A stretch of 64,000 nucleotides of DNA from an uncultured Candidatus Saccharibacteria bacterium (GTDB lineage: Bacteria; Patescibacteriota; Minisyncoccia; UBA6257; 2-01-FULL-56-20): positions 7,947 through 71,946 of the forward strand of contig CAYHXC010000005.1 of the NCBI GenBank assembly GCA_964360585.1, written 5' to 3'. How positions within the stretch are numbered: position 1 is the first letter of the stretch; every line of letters begins with the position of its first letter. Below are positions 46,676 to 56,475 of the stretch, piece after piece. Below the pieces are notes generated by a model, which saw only the letters and a program-made list of their open reading frames with translations, did no database searches and had not been told where the DNA came from. The position numbers and the translations under genes were made by a program.

Positions 46676-48064
46676 ATGCCCCGCAAGAAAAATATAACTC
46701 AAGCGACGCTGTGGGGAACGGATAGTGGAAAGGGTATAGGGGATAGTGAAAAGAAGACACGCAAGAGGAAGCGTGAAAGTGATAAGTCTCTATCCACTAA
46801 ACCCTATCCACTAACCCCTGCCCAAATCTTCACCGTCGGCGGCTATCTTTTTCATCTTGGGAAATTGGTCGGTGCAGAAGAAGTTATTGTGCAAGGCGAG
46901 ATCTCGGGATTTAAGAATCATCAGGTCGGTGGATTTTTTTCGCTCAAGGATACTGATGGCGATGGACTTTTGAAGTGCTATATGCCGCCGCGATTTTTAA
47001 GTCAGGTTGGTTTTCCCCTCGAGGACGGACTTTTAGTTCAGGTGAGAGGTGTGGCCAGTATCTATAAACCGCGCGGGGAATTGAGCTTTACGGTCCAGAG
47101 TATTTCTTTGGTTGGCGACGGTTCAATTCGACAAGCTTACGAGGCTCTGAAGAAAAAATTAGAAGACGAGGGACTTTTTTTACGCAAACGAGAACTGCCC
47201 GAGTTTATTGAGCGGATTGGATTTATTACGGCGAAGAGCGGTGAGGTGATTCACGATTTTCAGAGAAATTTGAAATCCCTGGGTTTTGCGGTCGACTTGC
47301 TGGATGTTCGTGTACAAGGAAGTGATGCGCCGCCGCAGATTGTTCAAGCGATCGAAACTTTGAACAAATTAAAATCCGTCGAGGTCATTATCATTGCGCG
47401 TGGTGGAGGAAGTTTAGAAGACTTACAAGCCTTCAACGATGAGCGGGTGGCGCGGGCGATTTTCAAATCAGAGATTCCGATTTTGGCCTCAATTGGTCAC
47501 GATCGTGATGTGCCGATTGCGAGTCTAGTTTCTGATCTCTATGTTTCAACACCATCAATAGCCGCCATTACCATGAATCGCTCTTGGGAGCGATTGGAGT
47601 CGCAGTTGCCGCTTCTTGTGTCTGATTTGGTATATGGTTTTGAAAATGTTCTAGATATAAAGAAAAGCGCCACGAGAACTGAACTCAATAAACTTCTTTT
47701 CGGTATGGAACGACTTCTGCGGATTCCTCGTGAGTTTCGATCGCGACTGAAACTCGAACTATTTAAGCTCGGTCGAGAAAAAGACGAATTAAAACTGAGG
47801 ACTCGCCGAGGTCTCACGACTGTAGTACAATCGTTTGAGATTCGGATACGCGAGATTATGGCGATACTCAAGTCATGTTCCAGCTATTTTCAAGGAGTGA
47901 GTCCTGAACGAAATCTCCATCTGGGATACAGCATCGTGCTCGGCTCCGATGGCCGAGTAGTCAAAAAGACCGACGACCTGACGATCGGAGAAAAAGTTTC
48001 TACACTTCTTGCGGACGGATCATTTATTTCAAAAGTGGAACAAAAACAAAAGAAAACCTCATGA
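46676..48064 (+). CDS. xseA: Exodeoxyribonuclease VII large subunit
   Basis: VQGEIS, VRVQG, IIARGGGSLEDLQAFNDE, IGHDRD, STPS, LGYSIV. Confidence 0.95.
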   Translation: MPRKKNITQATLWGTDSGKGIGDSEKKTRKRKRESDKSLSTKPYPLTPAQIFTVGGYLFHLGKLVGAEEVIVQGEISGFKNHQVGGFFSLKDTDGDGLLKCYMPPRFLSQVGFPLEDGLLVQVRGVASIYKPRGELSFTVQSISLVGDGSIRQAYEALKKKLEDEGLFLRKRELPEFIERIGFITAKSGEVIHDFQRNLKSLGFAVDLLDVRVQGSDAPPQIVQAIETLNKLKSVEVIIIARGGGSLEDLQAFNDERVARAIFKSEIPILASIGHDRDVPIASLVSDLYVSTPSIAAITMNRSWERLESQLPLLVSDLVYGFENVLDIKKSATRTELNKLLFGMERLLRIPREFRSRLKLELFKLGREKDELKLRTRRGLTTVVQSFEIRIREIMAILKSCSSYFQGVSPERNLHLGYSIVLGSDGRVVKKTDDLTIGEKVSTLLADGSFISKVEQKQKKTS

Positions 48065-48066
48065 CC

Positions 48067-48335
48067 AGAGCTCATCTCAAAAATAGCTCCGCCGCGTTTC
48101 CCTCTATTTTGTCTGTCCACCACGACGCGACGAGGAGACATATGCCAGAGCATAGGCTTCGAGGAGTAACAAAGGTGGCGGACAAAATAGAGAGAACCGA
48201 GGGGATAGGAATTATTGCCGCGGAGACGGTGTTGCTACGTCCTCACTGTACCGCTAGTACACTTTCGGACTGGCGCCTTGTCTCCCTCGCCAATAATTCT
48301 CTATCGCGGCAGGATATATTTTTAAGATGAACTCT
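48067..48335. repeat. ~270-bp multi-stem palindromic element, paralogue of 63667-64000
   Basis: agagctcatctcaaaaata/tatttttaagatgaactct ends; colinear with the copy after nusB. Confidence 0.85.
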
Positions 48336-48560
48336 AGCAAAGATAAAAAAATAAACATCAACGAATCGCTTTCCAAGCTGGAGCAGATTACGCGCTGGTT
48401 CGACACCCAGAAGGAAGTGGATGTGGAAGTGGGTATGGCCAAGGTGAAAGAAGGCGCGGAGCTGGTGAGGGATTTGGAAAAACGCCTCGCGGAAATCGAT
48501 AACGAGTTCCGAGAACTGAAGAAAAATCTGGGCATCGAGAACGTAGAAGATGAAGCATGA
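48327..48560 (+). CDS. xseB: Exodeoxyribonuclease VII small subunit
   Basis: ESLSKLEQI...KVKEGAELV; follows xseA. Confidence 0.85.
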   Translation: MNSSKDKKININESLSKLEQITRWFDTQKEVDVEVGMAKVKEGAELVRDLEKRLAEIDNEFRELKKNLGIENVEDEA

Positions 48561-49216
48561 TCGAAAGTCTGGTCGAGAAAATCAGTTTTCTCGTGGCGGC
48601 CTACGGTCCTTGGGGCGTTTTTGCCGTTGCGCTTCTCGAAGAGATGATTGCTCCGATTCCTTCGACTCTTACCACGGTGGGAGCGGGTTTTATTCTCCTC
48701 ACCTCGTATGTTGATCTCGGATCGGTGATCGTGCCCGCTCTTCTTTTTGTGGCTGTGCCGACGGCCCTCGGTATGACAATTGGCGGGCTTCTGCCCTACG
48801 GTATCGGTTACTACGGAGGGAATATGATTATCCATCGTTGGGGTAAATGGTTTGGCATCACCGAGCAGTCAGTGGAGAAGATGAAGCGATATTTTAATCG
48901 AGGGCACGCGGACGAAGTTGTTCTGGCCGCTCTCCGAGCCGTTCCGATTTTTCCCAACTCACTTACCTCGGGCGTTTGCGGTTTGGTGCATTATCCGCTA
49001 CGGCCGTTTCTTCTCTATAGTTTTCTTGGAGGAACTGTTCGCGCGCTCGTTCTTGGCCTCATCGGCTGGTCAATGGGAGAGGCCTATGTCGAATATGGCG
49101 GACTATTAAATGCCTTTGAAAACATCTTCCTCCTTATTGCCATTCTTTTGATCGCGGCCATTCTCGTCTATCTTTTCCGAAAAAAACGCACACGCCATGG
49201 AGAAATCATATCGTGA
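48557..49216 (+). CDS. DedA/VTT family membrane protein
   Basis: LEEMIAPIPS, YGIGYYGG, LRAVPIFP. Confidence 0.88.
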   Translation: MIESLVEKISFLVAAYGPWGVFAVALLEEMIAPIPSTLTTVGAGFILLTSYVDLGSVIVPALLFVAVPTALGMTIGGLLPYGIGYYGGNMIIHRWGKWFGITEQSVEKMKRYFNRGHADEVVLAALRAVPIFPNSLTSGVCGLVHYPLRPFLLYSFLGGTVRALVLGLIGWSMGEAYVEYGGLLNAFENIFLLIAILLIAAILVYLFRKKRTRHGEIIS

Positions 49217-49763
49217 AGCGGTTCGCCGCATCACACAGGGAGAAGTTGGCATCATTCCGACCGATACGCTCTATGGCGTAGTGTGTGATGCCCGAAATGC
49301 AAAAGCGGTTCAAAAAATATACACGATCCGCAAGCGTGATCCCCAAAAGCCGTGCATCATCCTTATCGGGGAAGCGAGCCAGATAAAACAGTTCGGTATC
49401 AATGTAGACGGAAAAACCACAACCATTCTTAAAAAAGTCTGGCCCGGGAAGGTCAGTGTTGTTTTGCCCTGCCCACTCAAGAAATTTCAGTATCTTCATC
49501 GGGGCACGAACAGTTTGGCCTTTCGTCTGCCGAAAAATAAAAAGCTAGCGGAGTTTTTGAAAAAAACTGGGCCGCTCGTTGCTCCCAGCGCCAACCTCGA
49601 AGGCACGCCGCCGGCCACAACGATTTCGGAGGCAAGACAATACTTTGGCTCTCATGTTGATTTTTATATAACCGCCGGCCGAAAACAGTCTCTCGCCTCA
49701 ACAGTCGTTGCGATTCAAGATGGAAAAATACGAATCATACGCGAAGGCGCCAAAAAGTTGTAA
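49197..49763 (+). CDS. tsaC: Threonylcarbamoyl-AMP synthase (TsaC/Sua5)
   Basis: PTDTLYG, KR..KP, WPG, APSAN, STVV, IREGA. Confidence 0.93.
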   Translation: MEKSYREAVRRITQGEVGIIPTDTLYGVVCDARNAKAVQKIYTIRKRDPQKPCIILIGEASQIKQFGINVDGKTTTILKKVWPGKVSVVLPCPLKKFQYLHRGTNSLAFRLPKNKKLAEFLKKTGPLVAPSANLEGTPPATTISEARQYFGSHVDFYITAGRKQSLASTVVAIQDGKIRIIREGAKKL

Positions 49764-49837
49764 ACATCGTTTCTTTCTTAAACGAGCTATACTAAAAGTA
49801 GTGGGATTTTAAAAAAACCAGCGAAGGAGGTGCGGTA

Positions 49838-50233
49838 ATGGCAGGACGTGGCCTTAGCGATGTGCGGCTGTTCAGTTTGTATATCGTTTCGGGACTCCTC
49901 ATGACGTATTTCCTCACGCCCAACGTTCACAGCGTCATGATTCCGCCCGCTGAGACTCCTCGTTTGAGTCCAACGATCAGCGTGCTTTCGGCGATTTCGA
50001 AACGCGAGGAGCTGTCCCATCGGGAGCACGGAAAGTACTTGGGATGCGACAGGAACTGCGAGGTTATTTTTGAGCTCAAGATCCCGGCGGGCATTCGAGC
50101 GGCAGTGCGCAGTCCTTTCCCATTCTGCTCATACGCCCTTACTGTCGAAGACGAAATTGGGCGTGAAGTTGTGCGGGCACATTCGGATCGTTGTCCATTT
50201 CCGTCACCCTTCATTTTAAACTCGGAGCAGTAA
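49838..50233 (+). CDS. Hypothetical exported protein
   Basis: AAGGAGG SD; N-terminal TM; 4 Cys. Confidence 0.55.
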   Translation: MAGRGLSDVRLFSLYIVSGLLMTYFLTPNVHSVMIPPAETPRLSPTISVLSAISKREELSHREHGKYLGCDRNCEVIFELKIPAGIRAAVRSPFPFCSYALTVEDEIGREVVRAHSDRCPFPSPFILNSEQ

Positions 50234-50310
50234 TGCGCCGAGTTTTTTCATCACTGTAGTTTTCCACAGTTTTATTTGACCCACCAACCTTTCGATGATT
50301 TAATAAGATC

Positions 50311-51279
50311 ATGCGTAAACTATTATTAACAGGAGCGTTATTTTCTATGATTGTGGCGCCCGCCCTTGGGGAAGAGGTAAAAATGACGGAAGGTACCAGG
50401 ATTCCAGCACCAGCGGCTGTTCGTGAGATGAAGGGTGAGATAAAAGAAGCTCGCCAAGGGATGCACGAAGAGGTGAAGAACGTTCAAGAAGAACGACATG
50501 AAAATGTTCAAGAGGTTCGAAGTGAGGGCAGGAAGAATGTCCGAGAAATGGTGAAGGATGCCAAGACTAGTTCCTCAACAAAGCCAGCTGATCTCATGCG
50601 GAGAATTCAGGGCGAAGTCCGGGAGCGTCGTGAAGATATTAAAGAAATTCGGGGAGAGGCTCGCAAAGAAATTGAAGTGGCTCGAACCAAGTTTCTCGAT
50701 GAGATTAAAGAGAAACGGGAGTTCCTCAAGACCACTTTAGAAAAAAATCGTGAAGCTTTGGCAAAAAGGTTAGAAACTTTTAAAGATGAGCGAAAGAAGA
50801 AAGTAGCGGAGAATGTGGGTGAGAATCTCGACAAAGCCAACGAAGCAGCGACGAATAATCTCAGTAAAGCACTAGATCAGTTGGCGGAAGTTTTGGGAAG
50901 AATTTCTTCTCGAGCTGATAAGGCTGGTAGTCGCGGACTCGACATTGTTTCGGTGAAGGTGGAAATCGGAAATGCCAGTAGCGCCATAACAACAGCCCGG
51001 AATGCTGTAATTGCCCAGGCGGCCAAGACCTATCCGATTGCCATTTCTGCCGAGGCAAAATTGAAGAGCGATCTCTCTGATGTCCGAAAAAAGTTACACG
51101 ACGATATGGAGAAAGTTCGGGAATTGGTAAAGACAGCCCGGGAAGCGGTGCATAAAGCGGCCACCACCCTGGCTCAGATTCCTCGAGTCGATGAAGCCGG
51201 TACGCCGACATCAACAGCCACCTCGACCGCGAACACCACGACAACGGCCTCGTCAACTGCCACCACAACCAGCCAGTAA
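50311..51279 (+). CDS. Secreted long coiled-coil protein
   Basis: Signal peptide, E/K/R-rich helices, Thr/Ser-rich tail. Confidence 0.75.
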   Translation: MRKLLLTGALFSMIVAPALGEEVKMTEGTRIPAPAAVREMKGEIKEARQGMHEEVKNVQEERHENVQEVRSEGRKNVREMVKDAKTSSSTKPADLMRRIQGEVRERREDIKEIRGEARKEIEVARTKFLDEIKEKREFLKTTLEKNREALAKRLETFKDERKKKVAENVGENLDKANEAATNNLSKALDQLAEVLGRISSRADKAGSRGLDIVSVKVEIGNASSAITTARNAVIAQAAKTYPIAISAEAKLKSDLSDVRKKLHDDMEKVRELVKTAREAVHKAATTLAQIPRVDEAGTPTSTATSTANTTTTASSTATTTSQ

Positions 51280-51300
51280 TAGAAAAATTACTTTACAAAC

Positions 51301-51546
51301 ATGAACAGCAACAAAGGAACCCTCATAACTATCATCGTCATCATCGCTGTAATTCTCTTGGGAATCGTTTTGTGGTGGTCGCAGATGAGCAATCTTCCGG
51401 GACCGCTCGACACCGGAACACCGGTCAGCGAAGTTCCGCCAGCCGATGATACAACCGCGAGAATCCAGGCAGATCTGAATCAGGTTGATGTCGGCGATAC
51501 GAATCAAGAGATGCAGGATATTGATGCCGACATCAATACTCTCTAG
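51301..51546 (+). CDS. Small membrane-anchored acidic protein
   Basis: MNSNKG + TM + acidic tail. Confidence 0.65.
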   Translation: MNSNKGTLITIIVIIAVILLGIVLWWSQMSNLPGPLDTGTPVSEVPPADDTTARIQADLNQVDVGDTNQEMQDIDADINTL

Positions 51547-51628
51547 CCGCCACACATCTCGCGATAGCGAACGAGTATAACGGAGGCCAGGCGCCAGTTC
51601 TGAGTTTTTTTCTTTTCTTAAAAATCCA

Positions 51629-53035
51629 ATGGCCTCCATTCACAAAAAAGTAAAAATTGTAGCCACGATTGGTCCAGCGAGCGACAGCGAAGAAAAAATT
51701 GAACGTTTGGTCCGCGCTGGTGTAAATGTCTTTCGCCTGAACTTTGCTCATCGGGAGTGGGACTACTTCGCTTTAATTATTCGCCGGATTCGCGCTGTCG
51801 AAAAACGCGTTGGCTACCCAGTGGCCATTCTCGGAGATGTGCCGGGACCGAAAATTCGAATTGGTTTTGTCGACGAGGGTGTCGAGCTGCGAACGGGAAA
51901 TCGTCTTCGCATTGTTGGCCAGTCGGTCATCGGCTCAAAGGAAATTATCTCGGTTAATTTTCCGAGTATTTTGAAACACATCAAAAAGGGAACGGAGATA
52001 TATCTTGGCGATGGCGTTACTAAACTGGTTGCTGAACGGATCGATGAGGAGGGGGTGATTGCGGTGGTAACCGGCGGGGGAGCGCTCCGTTCGCGCATGG
52101 GCTTTTCAGCGCAGGGAATGGCCCTCGATGCTTTTTCCTTAAACACCCGAGACCGATCGTTTATCCGGAAGGCGGCCCATGCAAAACTTGATTTTCTGGG
52201 CGTTTCTTTTGTGCAAACACCCCAGGATATCGCCCGGGTCAAGAAGCTTCTGCCTAAAAAAGACGGACCGCTCGTTATCGCGAAAATCGAAACCGCTAAA
52301 GCGGTCGAGCATATCAACTCAATTCTCGACTTTGCGGACGGCCTCATGATCGCGCGCGGCGATCTTGGTTTTTCTATTCCGCTTTCCGAATTGCCGTTTG
52401 TGCAGAAAGAACTTATTCGGTTGTGCTTGAAGCGCGCCAAGCCGGTCATTACCGCGACCCAGATGCTGGAATCAATGATTCACAATCATTTTCCAACGCG
52501 GGCCGAAGTGAGCGATGTGGCCAATGCTATTTTAGATGGTACCGACGCGGTAATGCTTTCGGCCGAAACCGCTCTCGGAGACTTTCCGGAGGAAACCGTG
52601 CGCATTATGGCCCACATCATTCGCGGGAGCGCGCCGCGGGTGAAGTCGCCGATTTTCGAGGAGGAAAAAGGCGCAACTCATGCCGCGACTGCCTCGGCTG
52701 TTCGCGTGGCGAATCAGATTGGCGCGCGTCTCATCATCGCTTTTACCGAAGGTGGCGCGACCGCGCGGCAGATCGCCCGCCATCGCAGCTCGCAGTCAAT
52801 TATTGCGCTTTCTCCTCGTGAAACAACACTGCATAAGCTGGCGTTAAGCTGGGGAGTGTACGGATTCAAAACGAAAACAACAAGTAATATTGATCATCTC
52901 CTCCTGCAGGCTCGTACCGTAGCTCGCACCAACAAAATTACACCGCTCAAAAAAGGGGAAAGTTTTGTGATTGCGGCAGGAGTGCCGTTCGGAAAAAGCG
53001 GCAGTACGAATTTGATCTTAATCGAAAAAGTGTAG
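51629..53035 (+). CDS. pyk: Pyruvate kinase
   Basis: KIVATIGPAS, IAKIE, MIARGDLG, TATQMLESM, DAVMLS.ETA. Confidence 0.97.
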   Translation: MASIHKKVKIVATIGPASDSEEKIERLVRAGVNVFRLNFAHREWDYFALIIRRIRAVEKRVGYPVAILGDVPGPKIRIGFVDEGVELRTGNRLRIVGQSVIGSKEIISVNFPSILKHIKKGTEIYLGDGVTKLVAERIDEEGVIAVVTGGGALRSRMGFSAQGMALDAFSLNTRDRSFIRKAAHAKLDFLGVSFVQTPQDIARVKKLLPKKDGPLVIAKIETAKAVEHINSILDFADGLMIARGDLGFSIPLSELPFVQKELIRLCLKRAKPVITATQMLESMIHNHFPTRAEVSDVANAILDGTDAVMLSAETALGDFPEETVRIMAHIIRGSAPRVKSPIFEEEKGATHAATASAVRVANQIGARLIIAFTEGGATARQIARHRSSQSIIALSPRETTLHKLALSWGVYGFKTKTTSNIDHLLLQARTVARTNKITPLKKGESFVIAAGVPFGKSGSTNLILIEKV

Positions 53036-53037
53036 GC

Positions 53038-54210
53038 GTGTTTAAAATCCTCAAAGAATCATCAACCTCACGTGCCCGTTGCGGCGTGATTGAAACCCCT
53101 CATGGCCTTATAGAAACTCCGGCCTATACAATTGTGGGGACGCACGCCGAAGTACGGTGTTTAACGCCAGAAGATCTTATTGCCACGAAGACTCAGCTCA
53201 TCATTGCGAATACCTATCATCTCTGGCGAGAGCTAGGAGACGAGGGATTAGCCAGCTATCCCGGCCTTCATGAGGCTATGGACTGGTCTGGGCCGATTAT
53301 GACCGATTCAGGCGGGTTCCAGGTCTTCAGTCTGGGGGCGGCTCGAGAGAAAAAAATGGGCAAGGTAAAAAAAGGAGAGGATGGTGGCAGTTGGGAAGGA
53401 GAAAATGTAGTTCGAGTAACCGACTCCGGCGTTTATTTTATGGAGGACGGCGAGGAACAGTATCTCGATGCCGAGCTTTCGATGCGGATCCAGGAACAGC
53501 TCGGCGCGGACATTATTGTCGCTTTTGATGAGCCGACCTCGCCACTCCATGATTATGAGTACACCAAGCAGTCTTTGGTTCGGACGCACCGCTGGGCGGA
53601 ACGTTCGCTCGAAGCGAAAACTTCGAACCAATTGATCTACGGTGTCGTTCAGGGCGGTTCGTTTCCGGATTTGCGACAAGAGAGCGCGGAATTTATTGGG
53701 AACTTGGCTTTTGACGGTTTTGCGATTGGTGGAGCATTTGGCGATTCCTTTGGCAGTAAAAAAACGGAGATGATTACGGAACTTGAAGCCTCGATTCCAT
53801 TTTTACCGAAAGATCGCCCGCGGCATCTTCTGGGGATTGGTCGCGTTGAGGATTTGTTTCTAGGGGTAGAGGCGGGGATCGATACCTTTGATTGTGTGAT
53901 TCCGACCCGCGAAGCTCGCCACGGTTCAATCTGGACGAGAGAAGGCCGGTTTGATCTCAAGCGTTCAGTTTTTGAGGAGGATACGAGTCCGCTCGATCCT
54001 TCCTGTTCGTGCCCAGTGTGTCTCGACGAAACAATCAATCGCAAGACCTTACGCCAGTTATTTAAAGATAAAAATCCAGAAGCCGGTCGTTTAGCCACCA
54101 TCCACAACGTTTCTTTTTTCAATCAACTTATGGAAGATATCCGCGAAGGAATCAAGAATGACAATTTAGGAGAAGTTAAAAAAGAATATCTGCGAGGAGA
54201 AGAAAAATAA
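53038..54210 (+). CDS. tgt: tRNA-guanine transglycosylase
   Basis: NTYHL, TDSGGFQVFSL, GVVQGG, DTFDCVIPTR, CSCPVC...HN. Confidence 0.95.
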   Translation: MFKILKESSTSRARCGVIETPHGLIETPAYTIVGTHAEVRCLTPEDLIATKTQLIIANTYHLWRELGDEGLASYPGLHEAMDWSGPIMTDSGGFQVFSLGAAREKKMGKVKKGEDGGSWEGENVVRVTDSGVYFMEDGEEQYLDAELSMRIQEQLGADIIVAFDEPTSPLHDYEYTKQSLVRTHRWAERSLEAKTSNQLIYGVVQGGSFPDLRQESAEFIGNLAFDGFAIGGAFGDSFGSKKTEMITELEASIPFLPKDRPRHLLGIGRVEDLFLGVEAGIDTFDCVIPTREARHGSIWTREGRFDLKRSVFEEDTSPLDPSCSCPVCLDETINRKTLRQLFKDKNPEAGRLATIHNVSFFNQLMEDIREGIKNDNLGEVKKEYLRGEEK

Positions 54211-54245
54211 AAAGCCCGAGAAAATTTTCCCAGGCCTAAAGATAA

Positions 54246-54449
54246 TTATCGAAAATCACGCGGAGCAGGGAAGCGGAACGTCTCATTGTCCGCCTGGCAC
54301 TTTTCGAAGTCCGCTTTGAGATTTTGGAGCGCAATTCGAAGCAGTAAATTTCGTGTTGCTACCCCCATATTTCTCTGAAGTTCCTCAACGTGAGGGATGG
54401 AATCCAGAGCGAGATCCAACTGAATGCGTATTTTTCCCGCCTTAGTCAT
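54246..54449 (-). CDS. Small hypothetical protein
   Basis: AAGGAG SD; 67 aa. Confidence 0.5.
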   Translation of the reverse strand: MTKAGKIRIQLDLALDSIPHVEELQRNMGVATRNLLLRIALQNLKADFEKCQADNETFRFPAPRDFR

Positions 54450-54550
54450 GATTTCTCCTTAAGAAGTGACTGTGTTGCTTCCTAGTTCATACCACCTCTT
54501 ATAGTGAGAGTAAATAGTAGAAAATAGGGGAAATAAAAAGCCCGACGAGG

Positions 54551-54937
54551 TTACTCGGCGAGCTGGGCAAACTGGAGGCGGGTTCGGAGGTTACGATCGG
54601 GCAGGCACAGCACTTTGCTGATTCCGTCGTCACCGCCCCTTCTGAACACGAAGTACTGGGCGCAGTTCCGCAAGACGGTGATCCAAACTCTGACGCCCGC
54701 CGGAATTACCAGCAGAGGCAGAGCCTCGGAACATTTTGGGATCTGCGGTGGGTTCCGGAGTAGCTTGTGGGTTTCGGGATCAACGCACCCCACGAACCGG
54801 TTCGCAGTCGTTCCGTGCCACGTCTCGATGTCGTATACCCGTTGGGCAACCTGTTTGATTTGGGATTGTTGGTGGTAGCCGTTGGTTGCTACCGCTGTAA
54901 TCACCAGTATGCAGAAAACGAACAACGTCTTCTTCAT
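54551..54937 (-). CDS. Exported hypothetical protein
   Basis: GGGAGG SD, signal peptide MKKTLFVFCIL, 4 Cys in the mature part. Confidence 0.6.
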   Translation of the reverse strand: MKKTLFVFCILVITAVATNGYHQQSQIKQVAQRVYDIETWHGTTANRFVGCVDPETHKLLRNPPQIPKCSEALPLLVIPAGVRVWITVLRNCAQYFVFRRGGDDGISKVLCLPDRNLRTRLQFAQLAE

Positions 54938-55093
54938 GAATCCCTCCCAATGGCTTTCAGCTATTACTATATAAATCAAAATAATTGATTACGTCAAATC
55001 TCCGAAGAGTCCCTTACCTTCTAAAAATAAAAAAGCCCAAAGATCGTTGTCGATCCCAGGGCTGGTGGGGCATCTCTATTCATGAGAGCGGTG

Positions 55094-55555
55094 TTAGCAG
55101 TGCGGATCTGTGCAGCGTCGGATTTTCGGGTTTACGACATCGCTCGTATATTGGAACTTAGCGCCTGTACCTAACGGATGCCAAACAGTTATTCGGAACG
55201 AGCGGCTGTCGCCAAGAACGATCACTTGAATCCTAAGTCCTTCAGGAAAAGGTACATTGGGAAACGTTTTCGCGCACGTTCCGGCACGCTCCTCATCAGG
55301 AAGGTCTCTCAGTGTTTCGGGATCTTCACAGGGATAGTAGTGATCCAGGTCGCTCAGAGTCTCTTTCTCTTCAACAATGATCTTCTCGAGGTAGATTCTG
55401 GCCTGGGAGTCGAACGTACGCTGGCGATGGCGATATGTTATGAATCCAGTAATGGCAACAAGAATGATGAGGATGAGGCTGATTACAATCACCATCTCGA
55501 TCAAAGGGAAACCCTGCTTCTTATCCGATGTCTCCACTGACTTCTCCTTTAGCAC
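55094..55555 (-). CDS. Type IV pilin-like protein
   Basis: KKQG|FPLIEMVIVISLILIIL class III signal (G-1, F1, E5). Confidence 0.7.
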   Translation of the reverse strand: MLKEKSVETSDKKQGFPLIEMVIVISLILIILVAITGFITYRHRQRTFDSQARIYLEKIIVEEKETLSDLDHYYPCEDPETLRDLPDEERAGTCAKTFPNVPFPEGLRIQVIVLGDSRSFRITVWHPLGTGAKFQYTSDVVNPKIRRCTDPHC

Positions 55556-55633
55556 ATCCCTTCTTCCGAAGAAGAGGAAGTGGTTGAATTACTACTAGGG
55601 AAATGATGATATATTTACTATAGACAGTCAAGT

Positions 55634-56449
55634 ATGCAGAAGACAGATACATTCAAAAAAATAGTTTGGGATTACTATAAAAAACACGGGCGGAAGATGC
55701 CGTGGCGAGAAACAAGCGACCCCTATATGATTTTTGTTTCCGAGGTGATGTTGCAACAGACCCAGGTTGATCGCGTGAAACCGAAGTACGAAGCATTTAT
55801 ATTTTTTTTTCCCAATTTCAGGAAGTTGGCAGGGGCGCCGCTTCCAAAACTCTATGGTGCTTGGCAAGGCTTAGGATACAATCGTCGCGCGCTTGGCCTG
55901 AAGAAAAGTGCTCAAAAGGTCACGGCGGAATACGGAGGGAAACTTCCTCAAACGCTCGAGGAGTTAGAGGCACTGCCTGGCATTGGTCCGGCGACAGCCG
56001 CTTCGATTACCGCCTTTGCTTTTAATCAGCCCGTCGTTTTTATTGAAACAAATATTCGTCGGGTTTTTCTCCACCATTTTTTTGCCGACAAGAAAAATGT
56101 CGATGATGCAAAGATCAGAAAGCTTGTAGAAATAACGCTGGACAAGAAAAATCCACGCGAGTGGTACTGGGCTTTGATGGACTATGGGAGCTATCTGGCC
56201 AAAACTTTGCCGAAGAATCCAAATCAGCGAAGCCGTCACTATGCAAAACAGAGCGCATTTAAAGGGTCAAAACGCGAAGCTCGTGGCGCCATTATTCGAT
56301 TTTTACTTAAGGAAAAAACTGGCACCAGTACGAACATCATCAAAAATTTGAAGTTAGACACGGACATAGTTCGAGCCGCTCTTCATGACTTAGAAAAGGA
56401 AAATGTTGTCGAAAAAGTGCGAGGCCTCTACAAACTCAAGGAAATATAG
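55634..56449 (+). CDS. mutY: A/G-specific adenine glycosylase (short form, no Fe-S motif)
   Basis: PWR, VSEVMLQQTQV, WQGLGY.RRA, LPGIGPATA, ALMDYG. Confidence 0.9.
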   Translation: MQKTDTFKKIVWDYYKKHGRKMPWRETSDPYMIFVSEVMLQQTQVDRVKPKYEAFIFFFPNFRKLAGAPLPKLYGAWQGLGYNRRALGLKKSAQKVTAEYGGKLPQTLEELEALPGIGPATAASITAFAFNQPVVFIETNIRRVFLHHFFADKKNVDDAKIRKLVEITLDKKNPREWYWALMDYGSYLAKTLPKNPNQRSRHYAKQSAFKGSKREARGAIIRFLLKEKTGTSTNIIKNLKLDTDIVRAALHDLEKENVVEKVRGLYKLKEI

Positions 56450-56475
56450 TAGAAAGAGATATAAAAGAGATATAC

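Noticed and set aside
48061-48330. ORFs MTRAHLKNSS and [10 protein letters not shown] (63660) as a protein family
   Set aside because: They coincide with a palindromic element. Differences preserve base pairing, and the second copy is broken by inserts.
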